From: Babesia bigemina
Lineage: Eukaryota
Assembly: GCF_000981445.1 (NCBI RefSeq)
Contig: NC_027218.1
Location: 930,001 to 994,000, forward strand
DNA length: 64,000 bases
Direction of reading: 5' to 3'
Part shown: positions 46,199 through 57,725 of the stretch, piece by piece
How positions within the stretch are numbered: position 1 is the stretch's first letter
Layout of the letters: each line of letters begins with the position of its first letter
The notes under the pieces: model-generated
What the model was told of the DNA's origin: nothing
Databases searched by the model: none
The model's input: only the letters and a program-made list of their open reading frames with translations
Translations under genes and position numbers: made by a program

Positions 46199-47816
46199 AT
46201 GAATGTAATCAGCTGCCTTAAATGGCTCCCGAAGAGCTACACTTATACTGACTTCTTCCAAAGCTATATACATCGCGCCGAAGAAGATGCCAGGTACGGT
46301 ACTTTTAGCCGTGTCTATCGCTGTATGGACCTCTATTATAGCCGATATTCTGTATATTGAAGGCTAACAATGTGCAGCGACATAGACGTAGACCAAGAAG
46401 GGGAAGACCAAAGGGACGAAATCACTGACGAATTCGATCTCGACAACTATGACGCTGACGAAGTGCCAGGTAATAGTGCAATATGCATAATAACGCCTAT
46501 TAATGTGCAAACAGGTGAACAATTCTTCACGCTGTCCAACGAGGATGAGAAACTTATCGTCGAGGATGCGGAAGATGTGGAGGTATGAACCAATGGCAGC
46601 ATATTTTTATTCCATGGCAGTCACGTAAACTGGACGGCGACGACAGGGTTATTGTCTGCGGAAATAGCGGAGAGGATTGCGCATCAATTGATTTCTTCAT
46701 TTACAACACTGCATACTGTGGTTTAGAGACATGCCACTCCATCCTGGTAAATTTATCGTATTTATCATCATAACATGAAATCAGATCGCATCTTTCCCAT
46801 TAGTGCTGGAAATTGTTCCTAATCTTCCAAATTACGCGCCACTAGTAGCAGCGGGCACCTACGAGTCCCATATTGACATATGGGATATGAGGCAGATCGA
46901 CAAACTAGACCCGGTCATAACTCTTGGTGGGCAGGGAGAATCGCAAAACCAAGGGCACCAAGACGCTGTACAGTGCTTATCTAACTCGCCCCATGTCTCG
47001 TAAGTCAATGCTATACTGCAACGGTATTCATCCGGCGCAGGCAACTCATGGCCAGCGGGTCCGCGGACAATACCGTCAAGGTCTGGGATCTCAACGAGGC
47101 GCAAGTGCTACATTCGTTCATCCATCACACGTCAAATGTAAGGCAGTATAATGGATATCCAACATGCATAATCCGTGCAGGTTCAAGTGGTGCAATTCTC
47201 ACCCTTTGACGCATCCCTTCTGTTGACAGCATCATTCGACAAAACAGCTGCACTGTGCGACATCAGGGAATGCAAAAGCAACGTAGGGTATCCGTGTATG
47301 CGCATATAAATATTGTCAGACAAGTCTCAAGCTGGACTCTGATGTGGAATCGGCCATATGGAAAGGCGCAAACAACATTGTGGTATGTCGGAAAACAATA
47401 AGGCTCATAGCACAATACAGGTATCAATGGAAGATGGGAGCGTTGCGGAGTACGACATCAGGAGCGAAAAGATGCTCTGGCAAATCAAGGCGCACAAGAA
47501 AGCTTGCAGTTCGGTGCAACTCGTTGACAGTACGCGCGTATGATTACAACATACTTATGAGCAGATGTCATGGTAACGTGTGGATTGGACTCCAAGGCTA
47601 AAGTGTACAAACTTGGAGGCACGAAGCCCACGAAGTTGGCTTCCAAAAACCTCAACGCGGTATGTGCGCCTTATAAGATTATGCAATGGAAATCATCAGG
47701 GTCCTTTGTTTAGCGTAGAAGGCTCGCCAGATGACAAACACCTTATGGGCTTCGGCGGGGAACTGCTAGTACTGTGGGACCTTGAAACAATAGACAGGTT
47801 CAACGACATGATTTAG
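46199..47816 (+). CDS. PWP1: Periodic tryptophan protein PWP1 (WD40), many short introns
   Basis: MNVISCLKWLPK, FDLDNYD, IASFPLVLE, IDIWDM...LDPVITLG, GHQDAV, ASGSADNTVKVWDL. Confidence 0.85.
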
Positions 47817-49832
47817 TTGTACCCTTTAACAATCGTGAATACAGATATAACAGATGTTAGTAATGCACTACTTTTTTACAGCGTGGCGTACAGAGTTAGT
47901 AGTGTTGATTGAAGCCTGTAACGTTTTAGCTGCTTCACGTTCACTGTGTAACAGTGATCTACACACAAGCGGTTTGCGACCACACACACCAGATAAACAC
48001 GCGCAATGCATTACGCAATCCAGTTCTAGTAATTTCGTTGGTGTTTAGTGTGTATGGGAGCAACTTAAAGCTATAGAATCTAAGCCGTCCCCATGGAAGG
48101 TCGGAGCTCTGTGCCCATACCTTCCTTCTTCATTTAGTTATGTAGACATATGGCGAACAAAAATGCCACTTACATTAATAAACGGTTTCAAATATTTCAC
48201 GGGCTTTCTAGGTAAGGAACGATCAGAAAAAACGTTCACGCTCGAGCAGCCTTCCTCAGTTTGATTCTACCGTACTACATTAACTTCGCCACTTACAGCC
48301 CCTTTCTGCTACGACCTATACTTAACATCGCATGGGCATTCATATTTGGGACCCACATATGGTATCTTTTCTTTGCGGCTGAGGATTTCTTCGCTGCAGG
48401 TACGGCAATGACATTTTTCATATAAACGTCTTATGAATGACGAAATACGTTGTATATCCATAAGGAGTTATTGCCATGAACTATTGTGTCGTTGATCAGT
48501 AATCTGCTAATTCCGTGGTACGGATAAGAGACGCACATCGCTGCATCTGGTAGCATGATGCTTTACGGTAAACGTTGTTTTATAGTTTACCAGTATGATG
48601 TTGCAGACTCGTATGTGCTGTATATTGATTATATTTCTAATGTTTACGGAATAAACGTAACACGTGTGTTTTACTTCGAACTCTAAAGCTCTATGTTAAT
48701 AGAGTTTCAGATGGAGACGAAGGTTACTACTTTGGGAAAAGACGGTACGGACCGCTCACCGAAGGTTCAGACGAGTGTAACAAATTTCTGTGCTGCACGT
48801 TGTTTTTCAATGCGCTAATTGTCATCACAACTCGCGGACTTGCGCCTTATCACAAATACGTACACTGTTGCAGTGTTACATCATTGTTGTCGACATTCGT
48901 CAATGCCATGCTGGTGCCTAATAGTACACCAACTGTGGAACATGGGTTCCCTTTCAGCCTCATATCACCACCGACGTGCTCTAGGATATTATCGTTCTTC
49001 ACATGCGCGCCACTCTTCATATACAGCCTGATGTAGCAACATTTTCAATCTTATGTACATTTGATTACTTAGTTTACTACAGACGATTAAGTGGGTGCAA
49101 CAATTAACTCTACGGGTCGAGTAAAGTGATATATTGGGACACGGTGATACCGTTAGCTTCCACGGAAGCAAGTCGATTAACCATAAATGATAAGGATCTG
49201 CCTGTCCAGAAGCCTATCTCCACGTACAGGTCTAACAATGTTCATCCGTTGAAAGTAATGGATTCACATGTAACAGGGCCAAAGCAAGTCAATGGAGGAC
49301 ATCGGATTATACTGCAGTGCAGATTTGGGTATTTTGGGTCAATAATTAACCACATTGCTGCAACACATATACAGATCGCTTTCAAATAGCATGTAACGAT
49401 TATGCACGCCACTAATACTCCAACGAAAGACAGTTGCTATATTATTCGGGTATTAGTGGGTAAGTGGGATGGGTGAGCTAGGCAATTGCGTCAAGGGGGC
49501 GATCATCATCAAAGTGGTGAGTAGAGGCACTATTACGGTGGTGACAACAAAGTTCATATGAAGATCGCGCGTGGTTGTATCATATTTCATGGTATCGGAG
49601 GCAAAAACATGTTGTGATGCCATGGGTATACGTGCTACAGGTCGCCTTGGTTGATAACGTTCATTTAGCCAGCGAGAATGCGATGATGTCTATATGTAAT
49701 CCGTGACTTTCTTGCTTGGTACTCGCCGATGCAGTAGTATGAAGCAATTAATAATACTTTATTAAACAGGTATTGTGCCGTTGGTCCATAATACTGTGAT
49801 TTACGTGCGATAATTGAAATTGTTGAAGTTGA

Positions 49833-50306
49833 TTAAAGAGTTCTACGCAAACAGTTCATTTTGCGGGTGCAAAAATCGTGGACCTTGTGGAACGGTCGAA
49901 TGCGAAAAACGGTCATGGCGCATACGGCGATGAGGATGACTGCGACGAGGACTATGATGATGGGCATGACGGAGGGGGAATCTGTGTCATCGGTTAGAGA
50001 TTGTTGACTGGCAATAATACGTTGTGGACTAATGGAATGCTGTGTAGTAACGGAAGAGACAGCTTGAGTTGAAGCGGATGCAGAGCGTTTCAGTCGACAA
50101 CATTGACATTCACATGTATGCTCTTTGCCTCTACATTGGGTATCACATCCCGACGGAAGGCATTGCTTGCCGTTTCTGCGATCCATGTTGAATGCCATAC
50201 ATGGAGCACACTGTCTCGTACCACTACATTCTTTACAGCACCAGGGGCAGCAACTACAGTCCCCGGACATGATACAACTAGTATCACAATAACACTCGAA
50301 ACCCAT
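49833..50306 (-). CDS. Small Cys-rich C-terminal-TM protein, paralog 3 (157 aa)
   Basis: CSCCPWCCKEC...CECQCC, Ser-rich linker, TM and tail FRIRPFHKV. Confidence 0.8.
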   Translation of the reverse strand: MGFECYCDTSCIMSGDCSCCPWCCKECSGTRQCAPCMAFNMDRRNGKQCLPSGCDTQCRGKEHTCECQCCRLKRSASASTQAVSSVTTQHSISPQRIIASQQSLTDDTDSPSVMPIIIVLVAVILIAVCAMTVFRIRPFHKVHDFCTRKMNCLRRTL

Positions 50307-51036
50307 CTTACCCCCTATCCTTCCCTCTCAATCTACAAACCATGAAACACTCGCCTCAGCAAGACACTGATCGTCTCCCATCGGCCTTACGGTAGCAGTC
50401 ACATGACCGCCATCCAGGGCAGCGTCGGTTACATCACAACTATGCAGATATCACAACTGAAGTACAACCAAGCTACAGCATGTTGATACCATCCTGGTCG
50501 TGGCATGCAGGTCAGCCGGTGCCAAGCGAGCAGTGAACTCCAACCATCAAGGACAGTACAAAGTTGCCATTGTCTGACTGCTTTTACATTTGTGTTATAA
50601 TATATACCTCAATGAGTTACACTGCGTTATTAATAAGTTTGTCATTCACCCTGTTACCACCAATTACACTTAACCATGCCGTGCCCGGGCCATCACGTCG
50701 CGTAACCACAGCTACATACATAGCCAAGCGACGCAGCTAATAATTAGCATGCCGAACAATCACGTTGCATACGACGCACTTTAACTTGTAATAGCACGCT
50801 TCATCATCTTATTAGTGGCTCATAACCCAAGATCACTGCCCACTAAAGCCATGGGAGGTCGTGGACACCACTCAAGTAACTCACAACTCGACATCCCAAA
50901 ACACGAACCTACAAATGCATGAACTACACCGGCTGCCAATTGCTGAGCAGCTATCAGGTAATACATTTGGGTGAGTATTAGGTTAGGCGGTGGGTTGCTA
51001 GGTAGTGGGTTAGGTGAGTGGTGGTGAGGTGGTCCA
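50307..51036 (-). repeat. ves 3' flank plus Cys-rich gene upstream element; homologous to 26869-27772
   Basis: Shared blocks TTTGGGTGAGT.TTAGG.TAGGCGGTGGGTTGCTAG, ACGCACTTT...CACGCTTCA, CCCACTA.A.CCATGGGA and TATCACAACTGAAGTAC. Confidence 0.8.
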
Positions 51037-54000
51037 TCAAGGTTGCAAGTAGGTGAGCTTGGCAAGTTTGTTAACACGTGCCGCGGCGAGTAGTGATTGC
51101 GCGGCGATGCGATGTGATGAGGGTGAGTGCAAATGCGATTTGATGTGGAGCAGGTCGAGGCGGATGATGAAGATGTGGATGAGGTACAACAGAGAGAGGA
51201 GCCAGAGGGCGAGTACAAGATAGGAGAAAGGTTCACGGATTTTCCAGAGGAAGTTGTCACATTCCCTAAACAAGTTCTCGAAATATTTCGATTTTAAAAC
51301 ATTCTTCAACTGGCTACAGAAAGCAGAGCACTTCTTTGGCGCATCCTTGTCATTCAACGTCGACGCTTCACCAAAGGCGAAACCAAATTGGTAGAGCGTT
51401 GGTGCGACGCCCTTGCAGTCAACGATGGATCTGCATTGGCAGTTAGCAGATGGCTTCTCTTCATCAACAACACCATGCGATCCCTTCTTACACTTGTCAC
51501 CACGGAGACATCCACGGCAACCCCAGTCCTGGCATATTATATTGCAAAAGCTGTTGAGCAATGAGTTAAGGCACTCCCAAAATGCCCACGGTAGGTATAG
51601 ACTCCATGACAGGTATAGCTTAGAATGTTTGTGCGCAATATAGTGATAGTAATTGTGACACAAGGACTGCATATACGGAGCACAGTAAACGTTAATACCT
51701 GGATATTCGCAGAACTTTGTCATGAAAAGGCTGGACAGGTCAGCATTTCTACCCGGAGGATGCGGCAACCCGTGACTATTCTGCCTGCTGCCGTAGGCTC
51801 TAGAAAACGCAGCAGTCAAGTCAGACGGCTTCTTATATAAATCGATGGACAAGTCCTTAAGTTTCGATTCCAATTCCTTTTTGACACCAATTGCATCCGC
51901 GGTCTTACTATCATGCCACCCTCTAACGAAGGACAACGCAAATGCTACGTGTTCAGGCAATGTGGATGGCGGTTTCGGGATGAGGGTGAGCAGGGACGAA
52001 ACCAGCCCGTTGCCGAGGAAAAAACTAATAGTTTCATACAGGTCCTTACCTGTCTTTGTACATCCCGAAAAACCTCTGAAGCCAAGCGGCGTCAAACATG
52101 GCGTACCGGGCTTGGATTTCGTGCAAGTGCTACAGTCATACTTACATCCAATACCGCCCAGTTGATGGGGAAGGCTACCGGGCAAACAGTCATTTAGGTA
52201 GCTCATTAGGGGCGACGTTGGTTGGCACTTTGGTTGTCCATTTGGTCGGCACTCTGCTTCGCACGTTGCTTTGTCGCTAAGATGCTCTTTGCACGGCCAG
52301 TTGGTAGCCTTGATAGTTTTGCCGTATTCGCATTGTTTCCACCCACCGTGCTTAGCATCTAGGTTGCATTGTACACGGAGATATTGCAGTGTAAGTAACA
52401 ATCTACGGAGGATATCCAGCAGCATATCGAGGCAATCCGCTGGCTTAGAAGGGTAACGTAATTTCATGGAGTTATTGCAGAGATCACTGGCATAGACGGT
52501 GTAGGCATCTCCGTACCCGGCGATGGCGGTAATAAGGTCGTAGGATTTGGAGCAGAGATGACCAAGCACCGTGTCGATGTTATTATACGTGATCCTATGC
52601 GGGTATGCATTAAGGTACTGCGCTTTGTGGTCGAAGAATTCAATTTCAAGGTCATCGTTACTTTGTATTGTTTGCTTCTTAGGCTTTTCCAAGAGGTCGC
52701 TAAAGCCGTCAGATAACAATGTCGGATACACGCCACTGTACGGAAGCCCCGTGAACCAGCACAGCATATCATGAACAGTGCACGGTAACCTGCTTGCGTA
52801 GTAAGTGGACAAGTGACCAACTTCATTGTACTTTTCGCAATGTCTGAAGAGGCACTTGAGGATATCCATGAGATGGAAATTGTAAGCTTTTCCGCGTGCG
52901 TTTGATTCGCAATATTGAAGGTGCGGAGAATCGTATACGCCTTTAATCGGCCGAGTGATTCTATTGTTAATGGATTCACCTATCATATTCTTGTCGTCCC
53001 GCAATTCACCATTCTGCTCACCGTGGTCTGAAACAATAAAACCTTGACCGAGCAACAAGGTACCCAAATCGTTGGACTTGTTAATCTGTTTTCCGCCCAG
53101 ACTCTTGCAATTAATGCTTAATATCGTAAACGAACTCTTCATAATCTCGAGTATTGTTAAACCTATCCTACCGTAATTATCGCGGAACTCACGCTCCCAG
53201 TTCTGCCCGGAATATCTGTTGACGTACGCTTTTCCAAGTTCACCACTAAACGCCATCAATCCCTTTTTGAGCGCCTCAGCCAACGGATTGGACGGCTCGG
53301 CAAGGGATGTGGGACGCATCTGATCAACGTATTTTAGCAGCTCGTCGAGGTTTTTATAGAGCCTGTGATCAAAATGATGCGTGGCAAGATCGCTGATGAG
53401 TGTGTTAAGGTGGTCGGGGAGGAGGGAAATCAAAGATGTTATATAAGGAGGGGCATCTATTTCACTTCGAACGTATCCATACAAACTAATCAAATACTCT
53501 TCGGTGATTGTGCAAGCTGCAGTGAACTTTGAGTGATCCGTCTTTTTGAAATGATCTAGAATGTTGTGTTTATCATTCATTGACTTCATGAGGCCTTTGA
53601 TACCGGATTGCAAGTCGGCCGCAATAATGCCGTTAATTGTTCCAACTTGTTCCTCTATACAGTCATGTATAGCTAGTAAATCTGCTTTTTTTTGGTCAGC
53701 AAAAAGGGTCTGGACTGCGTCTTGGGCTTGTCGAAAAGCATGAATAATGTACTCTCTATTTTGTTTGTTGAGTTTTGATAGCTCAGTGTTCGCGGTTTTA
53801 AGGGAATTTTCAATTATTGTTGTAGTTTCCTGAATCCAATGCTCTATGGCCTTTTCGAGTTCGAGTAGCTGTGTGATAATAGATTTAATGTCATGATCGA
53901 TTTTATTTTTCAATGATTCCAACTGCTCAATAATATGGTATTTTCTAAATGCAATTTTGCCTGTTAGCCCGTTTTTCATTATTTTATTAAGCTCTGTAAG

Positions 54001-56280
54001 TACTTCTGACTGAAGCTTATCGACGCATATTTTCAGCTTGCCTCCTACTTTCTGCAATATTGGATTGAGCAGATCAATTGCTCCTTTCACGCCTTTCAAT
54101 GCGGTGTCAATGTTACCTCCGGAATTCCCTAAGCCTTCATGATTAATATGGGTTCTAATTGATTCTACACTCGTTATAGCTTTATTCAGGTTGCTTAAGT
54201 GAGAGGTATCTCGTAATTTAGCAATTTCGTCCGCCGCTCCTTCAGCCGCAGATTTTACTGATGCTAAGGCGCTTTTAATGGCAGCTTGGAGGTCAGAGCT
54301 GAAAGTTTCAGGTTGTGTCAATACGAAATCGGGGTTCCCTTTTAAAGCAGTTTCAATAGACGAAACTATCTCAGTATGCTTATCGGAAACCTGTTCGGCG
54401 TAGGTTTTAAGATAACTAACAATTTCCGCCATATTTTCATCAACACTCTTTTTGCTTCCTGGCCGTGTATTAACAGTAATATCATCGAGAGCGATTATGA
54501 TTTTATCCTGAACTATTGGAGTCAACGCCTCCTTGATACCAATCACGTTATCCCGCAAACTGCCCTCGAATAGAGATCTCCCATGGTTATTGCTAACATA
54601 CGTACTTAGCAAACCTTTCACTGCGTTTCCTCTCATGATATCTTCCACCCACTTTGTCACTGTTTTGCTAAATTCTGTATCATAAGTTTTAGCATAATTA
54701 TGCACTTTTTCTACAATATCCGCAAGGCAATCAGGATTATTTTGACCTTTCTTTGTTAAACTTTCAACAAGAGCCTCAACAGTAGTATAGAGCTGCTTCC
54801 AATGTTTTTCTATACTTAAATCAGTTTGTCCTGTAACAGCAGAGTTCTCCTTAACTCCCCTGAGTATGGTCCCAAAATGGAGTTCAGCCTGTCCTACCAT
54901 TCTGGCAAGCTCCCCCTGTTTCACTTCCAAAGCCTTATGAACGTCTGCAACTATAGATTTCAGATTGTTGAATGCCGTTTCAACATTACCGTAGAAACCC
55001 TTGCCCTTACTACCAATATCACTTTGAATTTTTTCCAACGCTGAGCTCAGAGCCTTGTGGGCCTGCTTAAGATCACTCAACTGGGTACTTTGAAAACTCT
55101 TAACCTTTCCATTAATTTCCTTAAATTTAGCGTCCAATGTTTTTTTGAATTCCTCATTGTTTTTCAAGATGTTCTTATCGAGCTGCCGAGGCAATTCTCT
55201 AAATTTCTCATCGATATGTTCTATCTGCCAGCACAAGAAATCATTACTTGCTGATTTTTTCATGACCCCGAATGCGCCAGCTATTTTTTCTAGAGGCATG
55301 TATAACGATTTTTGTAAAGCTGAGTCAATACCAGCAAATCCTTTTCTATCATGTTTCAGCTTTGCTATCTTGTGGTCAAGTTCGTTTATAGACTTCGTAA
55401 ATTCGTGGTGTATGACCTGAAGAGTCATCGTATATGTATCATTGAATTTCACGACGTGTTTAGCTGCTATTTCTTTCCGAATAGCATTTAATGCCTCACT
55501 TACCTTTTCAGCCTTCTCTTTGACTTGTTCATTATACCTCCCCAACCAACTACCCACCTCAGTCACGGCATTTTTTAAAGCATCGTGGCCATCACTTACA
55601 CTATTTTTTAAAGTGTTTACAAGTGTATTAATGTCATTCGGTTGATTGGAGTCATAAGTCCTAACACTCTCATCATCCTTAACACTCTCCAACACCCCGT
55701 GCAAGAACGCCATCACCCCGTCACAGAGCCTATCCAAGTCAGAGTACACAATCCCAGTGCCATCGTAGCCTTTGGAGTCAGGGTTGAAGCCGAGGAATTT
55801 TTCGAGGCCTGAACACAGATTGTCAAAAAGACATTTACATTCTTCTTCATTAGTGAATACAGCAAGACTCTCTTTGAGTTTACCAAGCTGATCCAACCTG
55901 GAAACAATGTCCTCATAGGATTTTTTTTGGGAAGATTCAAAGTGAGTTTTTGAGCAAGCTCTAATGCTTTCACAGTCATGCTTAAGGTCTTCAAAGACGT
56001 TTGGGGCAAGCTTTTTAGGGTCCTTAAGTTCCTCAATTTTAGCCACTTTATCTTTACAACAGGTGTGAGATTTGACTGAATTGAGAATGTTGAGAATTAC
56101 ATCAAAATTAGTGGTGTAAGCTTTCTCAATAGCCTCATCAATCAACTTTTTCAAAGCTTGAGACAACTTCTTAAAACCTTCACCATTGTCACCATTCCCA
56201 TACCTAACCTGTATCAGCCAGTCAATCGCCTCCCGGAGGTTTTCAGGGCAGTCAGTAAGCTTCTTATATTGCGGTGCCAT
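51037..56280 (-). CDS. VESA/ves-like protein, 1747 aa
   Basis: MAPQYKKLTDCPENLREAIDWLIQV; GIVYSDLDRLCDGVMAFL; SPLMSYLND; TM and tail RLDLLHIKSHLHSPSSHRIAAQSLL. Confidence 0.88.
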   Translation of the reverse strand: MAPQYKKLTDCPENLREAIDWLIQVRYGNGDNGEGFKKLSQALKKLIDEAIEKAYTTNFDVILNILNSVKSHTCCKDKVAKIEELKDPKKLAPNVFEDLKHDCESIRACSKTHFESSQKKSYEDIVSRLDQLGKLKESLAVFTNEEECKCLFDNLCSGLEKFLGFNPDSKGYDGTGIVYSDLDRLCDGVMAFLHGVLESVKDDESVRTYDSNQPNDINTLVNTLKNSVSDGHDALKNAVTEVGSWLGRYNEQVKEKAEKVSEALNAIRKEIAAKHVVKFNDTYTMTLQVIHHEFTKSINELDHKIAKLKHDRKGFAGIDSALQKSLYMPLEKIAGAFGVMKKSASNDFLCWQIEHIDEKFRELPRQLDKNILKNNEEFKKTLDAKFKEINGKVKSFQSTQLSDLKQAHKALSSALEKIQSDIGSKGKGFYGNVETAFNNLKSIVADVHKALEVKQGELARMVGQAELHFGTILRGVKENSAVTGQTDLSIEKHWKQLYTTVEALVESLTKKGQNNPDCLADIVEKVHNYAKTYDTEFSKTVTKWVEDIMRGNAVKGLLSTYVSNNHGRSLFEGSLRDNVIGIKEALTPIVQDKIIIALDDITVNTRPGSKKSVDENMAEIVSYLKTYAEQVSDKHTEIVSSIETALKGNPDFVLTQPETFSSDLQAAIKSALASVKSAAEGAADEIAKLRDTSHLSNLNKAITSVESIRTHINHEGLGNSGGNIDTALKGVKGAIDLLNPILQKVGGKLKICVDKLQSEVLTELNKIMKNGLTGKIAFRKYHIIEQLESLKNKIDHDIKSIITQLLELEKAIEHWIQETTTIIENSLKTANTELSKLNKQNREYIIHAFRQAQDAVQTLFADQKKADLLAIHDCIEEQVGTINGIIAADLQSGIKGLMKSMNDKHNILDHFKKTDHSKFTAACTITEEYLISLYGYVRSEIDAPPYITSLISLLPDHLNTLISDLATHHFDHRLYKNLDELLKYVDQMRPTSLAEPSNPLAEALKKGLMAFSGELGKAYVNRYSGQNWEREFRDNYGRIGLTILEIMKSSFTILSINCKSLGGKQINKSNDLGTLLLGQGFIVSDHGEQNGELRDDKNMIGESINNRITRPIKGVYDSPHLQYCESNARGKAYNFHLMDILKCLFRHCEKYNEVGHLSTYYASRLPCTVHDMLCWFTGLPYSGVYPTLLSDGFSDLLEKPKKQTIQSNDDLEIEFFDHKAQYLNAYPHRITYNNIDTVLGHLCSKSYDLITAIAGYGDAYTVYASDLCNNSMKLRYPSKPADCLDMLLDILRRLLLTLQYLRVQCNLDAKHGGWKQCEYGKTIKATNWPCKEHLSDKATCEAECRPNGQPKCQPTSPLMSYLNDCLPGSLPHQLGGIGCKYDCSTCTKSKPGTPCLTPLGFRGFSGCTKTGKDLYETISFFLGNGLVSSLLTLIPKPPSTLPEHVAFALSFVRGWHDSKTADAIGVKKELESKLKDLSIDLYKKPSDLTAAFSRAYGSRQNSHGLPHPPGRNADLSSLFMTKFCEYPGINVYCAPYMQSLCHNYYHYIAHKHSKLYLSWSLYLPWAFWECLNSLLNSFCNIICQDWGCRGCLRGDKCKKGSHGVVDEEKPSANCQCRSIVDCKGVAPTLYQFGFAFGEASTLNDKDAPKKCSAFCSQLKNVLKSKYFENLFRECDNFLWKIREPFSYLVLALWLLSLLYLIHIFIIRLDLLHIKSHLHSPSSHRIAAQSLLAAARVNKLAKLTYLQP

Positions 56281-57420
56281 GATTCAGCAGAGAGGGTCAC
56301 TGTATGCGCAACTTCAATATGGCCACCAACAATTTGAGGCTGCATACACTCAACTTCTGCAAACATGCGATAAGCACTGGACGGCCGGCAAACTTTTCCC
56401 TCAGTGCTCTAGACTACATTACTTAAGTAAATACCCGACTCAGGGCGTATTTGAAATTCACTACAAAACTAGCATCCGCCTAGCTCACCTCATTACAACC
56501 GCCAGCACCCAGACAGCTCGAAATTCTAATCCACTTAGGAGGTGACGCCAGACCTCCGACATACACTCCAATGTTCAACTTCCTTAAGAAACAGCCAGAG
56601 GTGATGCAAGTTGTGAGTTAATATTCGTATCAAATTCGATGCCGCTTCCCTGCGATTACTGGTACGCCCCACTGCCACTGCACGGTTTTAACATAATACT
56701 AATACGGTATTCCTAAATGTGACTCGAGCAACTGGACGGCGACTACACGAACATGAGCATGCCGTAATCGAGATGCGGAAAGGGCACTGGCGTTTCACCC
56801 CTCCGCAGCGTTTACAGGGAGCGGAATCCTCGATGCGTGATGGATAAGAATGTGACCTCAATATGGAAGATTGCCGATGTAACTGTGAAGCACAGTCAAG
56901 ATCTATCTGGCTGAAAGGCGATAGTAGGAGTGAATAGCAGTAAGGGCAACTGGAGGACTATAGTAATGATGGAAAGTGCCATGCCAAACTCAGGAGTCTC
57001 ACAAGGGCAAGAGCATACTCTACCAGAAGACAGCATCGTGAATAGTATAGAACGCCTTCACAACCGTGGAGAACGGGACTGTCAACGAATACAACCTGTT
57101 GGGTACGGGGCATACAAGAAGAGGAAATGCAAGGACGTGGTTGAGGGTATGAAGCGGAGAGCTTTCATCTAGCAGACAAGTTTCATGGTTATAGGTTATG
57201 TGATGAGGTGCATGACACCGAGAGAAGACTGACTCCGTGAATGACCATCTGACCCGAACTGGATGGATGCCCGCATGGATGGCACCAGTGACGATCGGCA
57301 ACGGACCGAGGTGGAACCCGCAGCCAACAACAGCGTGAGGCGCCAGCCCCGCAAAAAGGAAACCGGCCCAAGGCACGTAACCACATAGCACACTATAAGA
57401 TGAGATAACTTAATTTAAGG
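56281..57420 (-). promoter_or_regulatory. ves upstream element, copy 3 (diverged)
   Basis: Collinear with 33068-34192, e.g. CAGCACCCAGACAGCTCGAAATTCTA, TTCCTAAATGTGACTCGAGCAACTGG, GCCATGCCAAACTCAGGAGTCTCACAAGGG. Confidence 0.85.
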
Positions 57421-57725
57421 TTGGAGTCGACTGCTTACTTGGCACTGGTTGACCTGCATGTCACTGCTAGGATACCGTTCACATGCGTTGAGTAGGTCAT
57501 ATTTCCGTTATTATAGCTACATAGCCGTAATGTGGCTGGCTATTCGCGGGACGACGGGCACCTGGCTGATGTTGAAGCTGATGGGAGCGCAGTTGCCTTG
57601 GCTGCGGTGCGTGTTCATGTAGTAGTTGGTGAGTGGCTTACATAGGTGCGTATTCATGAGTGGTTGGTGAGTGCGTTGCTTAGGTGATTGATATGCTTGC
57701 AGGTTGAGGGCACTGGGCGGGGAAA

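Noticed and set aside
47850..49800. Short ORFs in the 2-kb region after PWP1 (similarly 14200-15360 and 37100-37850)
   Set aside because: No recognisable motifs or consistent exon chain. Left unannotated; a spliced gene or lncRNA cannot be excluded.
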